DNA of 18,564 nucleotides from a virus (Duplodnaviria; Heunggongvirae; Uroviricota; Caudoviricetes): IMG/VR virus record IMGVR_UViG_2875713109_000004; one strand, 5' to 3'. Shown piece by piece: positions 15,056 to 18,564 of this stretch (position 1 is its first letter; each line of letters starts with the position of its first letter). The notes under the pieces were generated by a model. It saw only the letters and a program-made list of their open reading frames with translations, ran no database searches and was not told where the DNA came from. The position numbers and the translations under genes were made by a program.

Positions 15056-15534
15056 TCTGGGCATTCGTCAAAGCGTACTGGAAACAGTTGCTTATCGTGG
15101 CGATGCTTGCTGCTCTGGTAATCGGCGGCAGGGTTGCCTGGAATGTACACGGCAGCCACCAGTACGATGCCGGGTATGCGCAGGCAAAGGCAGATCAGAA
15201 ACAGGCTGATGATAAAGCTCGTCAGCATGACGAACAGGAAAAAGCGACCAATGAACGTGAAGCGCAGCAGAGGATCGACCAGGCGCGCAATGATGCTCTT
15301 GATGCTGCCGCTCGCGCTGGCCGGTTGCAGCAACAGCTCGTTGCCATCCGTGAGCAGCTCAGGCAGTATAACGCCACTATCGGCACTGGGGCGTCAGCCG
15401 CAGACACCGGAGTTTTGCTTGCCGACGTGCTCAGCAAATCTCTCGAGCGAAACCGACAACTGGCAGAGTACGCTGACCGGGCCGCCGAAGCCGGACGAGT
15501 CTGTGAAAAGCAGTACGATTCGCTGACACGGTGA
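15052..15534 (+). CDS. Rz-type i-spanin
   Basis: Track ORF 160 aa; N-terminal TM (LLIVAMLAALVIGG), Gln/Ala/Arg-rich coiled coil; ATG overlaps endolysin stop (ATGA at 15052-15055). Confidence 0.75.
   Translation: MIWAFVKAYWKQLLIVAMLAALVIGGRVAWNVHGSHQYDAGYAQAKADQKQADDKARQHDEQEKATNEREAQQRIDQARNDALDAAARAGRLQQQLVAIREQLRQYNATIGTGASAADTGVLLADVLSKSLERNRQLAEYADRAAEAGRVCEKQYDSLTR
15251..15526 (+). CDS. Rz1-type o-spanin lipoprotein embedded in +1 frame inside Rz
   Basis: Within track ORF 15134..15526; from ATG 15251: MNVKRSRGSTRRAMMLLMLPLALAGC... has a basic n-region, hydrophobic core and lipobox L-A-G-C; Pro-rich mature part; entirely inside the Rz gene. Start could also be 15290. Confidence 0.6.
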   Translation: MNVKRSRGSTRRAMMLLMLPLALAGCSNSSLPSVSSSGSITPLSALGRQPQTPEFCLPTCSANLSSETDNWQSTLTGPPKPDESVKSSTIR

Positions 15535-15685
15535 CATGGCATTTTTCATGGCACTGATTTCCGGTGACGGTATATAAAACGGTACGGTGAAAATCAGATT
15601 GCATAAAATTGTTACCATTCAATTGGTTATGTGTGTCGTAAATAATTGAGTGGGAATGATTTTAATCCCTGCACTATGAATGAAC

Positions 15686-15716
15686 AAAACCCTCTGTTAC
15701 TACAGAGGGTTTTTTA
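15686..15716. terminator. Bidirectional rho-independent terminator between lysis cassette and convergent downstream gene
   Basis: AAAA-CCCTCTG-ttacta-CAGAGGG-TTTTTT: perfect stem flanked by A-run and T-run. Confidence 0.75.
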
Positions 15717-15753
15717 TCTTCAAGAATCATAGGCTTGAAGTTACTAACATCGA

Positions 15754-16287
15754 TTAATTAAACCAGCTGTCCGATTTGTTCTCTTCTGCTTTGCCCACGC
15801 TTTTCATCAGATCGCGACCGCCTTCAGTCATATTTCTGTTGGCGTCAGCTTCAGATTGCACCACATCGGTTTGCGCAGCTTTGTGCTTCAGTTCCTGATC
15901 GATAAATTCGTTTTCTCGCTTAACGCGGGCTTCTTCTTTTGCCAGCGCCAGTTTTTGTTTCTGAATCTCTAAGCTGCGTAGCTCATCTTCATAACTTTGA
16001 TCGCGTTTTTTGTCCGCAGAGGCTTCGGCGTCCAGTTTATCCTGACGAGCTTTCTTATTTGCCGCTGCCGCTCTTTTGTTAGCGGCGGCCTGGGCATTTG
16101 CGCGACGTTGCTTCTCTTGCTGGATTTCCCTGTTGCGCTCCGCGACCCATTCGTCATGCTGCCTTTGCTCTTCATTTTTACCTTGCTGTTCAGCTTCTGC
16201 TACAGCAGAGAGTTGATCCTGCAATGATGAGGCGATAGCCGGATAGCTTAAGGAGGCCAAGATGGCGCAAAGAAAAACTTTCTTCAT
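15754..16287 (-). CDS. Secreted Lys/Glu/Ala-rich coiled-coil protein of unknown function
   Basis: Track ORF 177 aa; signal-peptide-like N-terminus MKKVFLCAILASLSYPAIASS; strong AGGAGG SD; low-complexity charged heptad-like region. Confidence 0.6.
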   Translation of the reverse strand: MKKVFLCAILASLSYPAIASSLQDQLSAVAEAEQQGKNEEQRQHDEWVAERNREIQQEKQRRANAQAAANKRAAAANKKARQDKLDAEASADKKRDQSYEDELRSLEIQKQKLALAKEEARVKRENEFIDQELKHKAAQTDVVQSEADANRNMTEGGRDLMKSVGKAEENKSDSWFN

Positions 16288-16302
16288 GACTCCTCCTGAT
16301 TA

Positions 16303-16818
16303 TTAGCTCTTTTCAGGACATTTAGTATTTGGCTGAATACGCGTTTCGTTATACGTTGTGGTAATAACAACGGCTAAACCTGTCGTAAACTGGCACTCTT
16401 TACCCACCTGGGTAGAGGTATACACTTTGGTGCCTTCCTTATATGTTAAAGAAACACCTTCCACTAAGGTTTTATCATTCACCATAGAACCCACTGCCGC
16501 GCCTACAGCTCCGCCGCCAACTGCCCCTGCCGTCGTTCCGGAATTGCTGCCAGAACCGACGTTGTGGCCGATAACACCGCCAGCGACTGCGCCAATAAGC
16601 GCGCCGAAGGCTTGTGCGTTCCGTTTATTTTGGGAGTTGTCTACGGCAACTTTTGCGGGAAGAATGGAAATAATATTAACGGTTTTAGTTTCTTGTTTGG
16701 TATTCAGTTGATCGGTTTGATAAACATCGGCGGCATGATCGTCAGCATTTGACTGGCATCCTGCCAGAGTGAATGACGCTAACATTGCCACAGGCAGAAG
16801 ACATTTTTTAAATTTCAT
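16303..16818 (-). CDS. Glycine-zipper lipoprotein (YcfJ / Rick_17kDa_Anti-like)
   Basis: Track ORF 16303..16821; ATG at 16818 (MKFKKCLLPVAMLASFTLAGC) gives a lipobox; glycine-zipper segment GALIGAVAGGVIGHNVGSG...GAVGGGAVGAAVG resembles YcfJ-type outer-membrane lipoproteins as recalled. Confidence 0.65.
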   Translation of the reverse strand: MKFKKCLLPVAMLASFTLAGCQSNADDHAADVYQTDQLNTKQETKTVNIISILPAKVAVDNSQNKRNAQAFGALIGAVAGGVIGHNVGSGSNSGTTAGAVGGGAVGAAVGSMVNDKTLVEGVSLTYKEGTKVYTSTQVGKECQFTTGLAVVITTTYNETRIQPNTKCPEKS

Positions 16819-17198
16819 CACTATTCCTTGTTATACACATTACGAAAAATAAGACATTTAAGATCATCAAAAGAGGAAAGTAAATGTATTGCGTATAAAG
16901 GGATAGATTAAATTTATTAAAATTCACGCAGGGAATAATTTATAAAAATATATCATTACAATATATATATTAATTTTATATTTATTTCGCAGCCAAACAG
17001 GATAAACATCAGTCAGGACAAAGACGTAAAATTTAAGATGAAAGAATATCTGCCGCTTTGATAATTCCAAAGAGCAAAAGCATCCGACAGCGAAGTGCCG
17101 TTAGGTTCTGTGAAAGTGGAGAAGGTAACCGCTAACGTTGTACCGGTGATTCGACGGAGAGTGTGGATTGATCCTACCCACGTAATATGGACACAGGC

Positions 17199-18268
17199 CT
17201 AAGCGAGGTTCTGGTTTTCAAATTGTTCCGGACTGAGGCCGCCACACCAACTGTGCCGCCGCCACCGATTGTAATCACATTCGATATAATTAAACACCGT
17301 TGCCCGNNNNNNNNNNNNNNNNNNNNNNNNNNNNNNNNNNNNNNNNNNNNNNNNNNNNNNNNNNNNNNNNNNNNNNNNNNNNNNNNNNNNNNNNNNNNNN
17401 NNNNNNNNNNNNNNNNNNNNNNNNNNTGTTCCGGACTGAGGCCGCCACACCAACTGTGCCGCCGCCACCGATTGTAATCACATTCGATATAATTAAACAC
17501 CGTTGCCCGCATTATTTCCCGGCTGATAAAGTGTTCTCCATGGATACATTCCACTTTCAGCGAATGAAAGAAGCTTTCCACGCAGGCATTATCGTAGCAG
17601 CAACCTTTTGCGCTCATACTTCCACGCAGATTATGCCGCTTCAGTTGCGCCTGATAATCTGCTGAACAGTACTGGCCTCCACGNTCCGTGTGAACGATAA
17701 CGTTCCGGGGCCTCTTACGCCGCCACAGCGCCATCTGCAGGGCATCGCAGGCCAGTTGCGCCGTCATGCGTGGCGACATTGACCAGCCAATAACGGCACG
17801 TGACCACAGGTCAATGACCACTGCCAGATACAGCCAGCCTTCATCTGTACGTAAGTACGTGATGTCTCCTGCCCACTTCTGGTTCGGGCCACTGGCGTAA
17901 AAATCCTGCTCCAACAGATTTTCTGACACAGGCAGGCCGTGTGCGCGGTAGCTGACCGGGCTGAACTTCCGGGAGGCCTTTGCCCTCAGTCCCTGACGGC
18001 GCAGGCTTGCCGCCACGGTTTTTACGTTAAAGGGGTAACCCTGAGCACGCAGTTCATCCGTCAGGCGTGGGGCACCGTAACGCTGTTTTGACCGGGTAAA
18101 AGCCGCGAGGACAACGCTGTCGCAGTGTTGGCGGAACTGCTGACGCGTGCTTATCCTTGTCCGCCGCTGACACCACGTATACCAGCCGCTGCGGGCCACC
18201 CGGAGCACGCGGCACATTNCTTTGATGCTGAACTCAGCCTGATGTTTTTCAATAAAGACATACTTCAT
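17199..18268 (-). CDS. insF: IS3 transposase OrfB (InsF-like, DDE integrase domain), reading frame broken by the N-gap
   Basis: Track ORF 17174..18268 starts [16 protein letters not shown]... and carries ...WAGDITYL...DRGGQY...CYDNA..., matching IS3 InsF as recalled; the true C-terminus ...[14 protein letters not shown] is encoded at 17199..17306 on the other side of the gap (track ORF 17199..17468). Confidence 0.8.
17307..17426. other. Assembly gap (120 N) flanked by an exact 83-bp duplicate (17224-17306 and 17427-17509)
   Basis: Read directly: tgttccggactgaggccgccacacc...aaacaccgttgcccg occurs identically on both sides of the N-run; classic contig-overlap-plus-spacer scaffolding artefact inside a multicopy IS. 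Confidence 0.9.
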
Positions 18269-18564
18269 TTCAGGCGCTTCGCGAAGTATGTCGCGGCCTT
18301 TTGGAGGATAGCCAGCTCTTCATCCCGTTCTGCCAGCTGGCGTTTGAGACGTGCAATCTCGGTAGACATCTCCAGTTCACGTTCAGAAGACGTCTGCTGA
18401 TTTTGCTGTTTACTGCGCCAGTTGTAGAGNTGTGATTCATACAGGCTGAGTTCACGGGCTGCGGCAGTAACACCGATGCGTTCAGCAAGCTTCAGGGCTT
18501 CACTGCGAAATTCAGNCGAATGCTGTTTACGGGGTTTTTTACTGGTTGATACTGTTTTTGTCAT
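18265..18564 (-). CDS. insE: IS3 OrfA (InsE-like HTH protein)
   Basis: Track ORF 99 aa MTKTVSTSKKPRKQHS...[17 protein letters not shown] matches IS3 OrfA as recalled; starts at the window edge. Confidence 0.85.
   Translation of the reverse strand: MTKTVSTSKKPRKQHSXEFRSEALKLAERIGVTAAARELSLYESXLYNWRSKQQNQQTSSERELEMSTEIARLKRQLAERDEELAILQKAATYFAKRLK

Larger units (their letters stand above)
17169..18564 (-). mobile_element. IS3 insertion sequence, partial: right inverted repeat at 17169, left end beyond the window; interrupted by a scaffold gap
   Basis: Terminal sequence TGATCCTACCCACGTAATATGGACACAGGCC at 17169 matches the IS3 end as recalled; encodes the IS3 orfA/orfB products; four single ambiguous bases (about 17684, 18219, 18430, 18516) plus a 120-N run. 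Confidence 0.85.

Noticed and set aside
14405-15333. Minus-strand ORFs (219 aa and 168 aa) antisense to the endolysin and Rz genes
   Set aside because: The plus-strand endolysin has a strong GH19 signature and the lysis genes are tightly coupled; the antisense ORFs lack start context.
17307-17426. The 120-N run as a biological feature (for example a deletion or hypervariable locus)
   Set aside because: Identical 83-bp sequence on both sides shows it is a scaffolding spacer between overlapping contig ends within a repeated IS element.
1-18564. CRISPR arrays, tRNA/tmRNA genes or att direct repeats
   Set aside because: No regularly spaced direct repeats and no tRNA-like cloverleaf sequence were recognisable by eye; attL would lie left of the window and attR could not be identified without its partner. 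A tRNA scan and repeat search would be needed to be certain.

Overview
This window reads as a degraded temperate-phage island in an enterobacterial chromosome (E. coli/Salmonella-like), ending in a partial IS3 copy. All calls are from reading the sequence and the ORF track; no database search was run. Left to right: a P4-type tyrosine integrase (1-1254); a leftward, translationally coupled operon with a PerC/ANR-like regulator, a DPPW-motif DNA methyltransferase and two unknown small proteins (1259-2700); an AlpA-like regulator; a RecT plus PD-(D/E)XK exonuclease recombination module with two small ORFs (3108-5258); an immunity region with a tandem-HTH, peptidase-less repressor divergent from a Cro-like gene (5410-6385); a perfect LexA box beside a small leftward ORF (6701-6949); then directly a tailspike (7106-9457), a Wzy-like membrane protein, a low-GC gtrA-gtrB-gtrC operon, a lysis cassette (two membrane proteins, GH19 endolysin, Rz with embedded Rz1), two envelope genes, and IS3 with a 120-N scaffold gap. 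No replication, capsid, terminase or tail-shaft genes lie between cro and the tailspike, so I infer a large internal deletion. The most interesting signal is a palindromic motif TTACC-N5-GGTAA found perfect four times, each in a regulatory gap, with degenerate copies upstream of the tailspike and between gtrA and the lysis cassette. Together with the LexA box and the non-cleavable repressor this suggests an SOS-responsive, antirepressor-gated regulon that may have captured the tailspike/O-antigen and lysis genes. No tRNA, att site or CRISPR array was identified.
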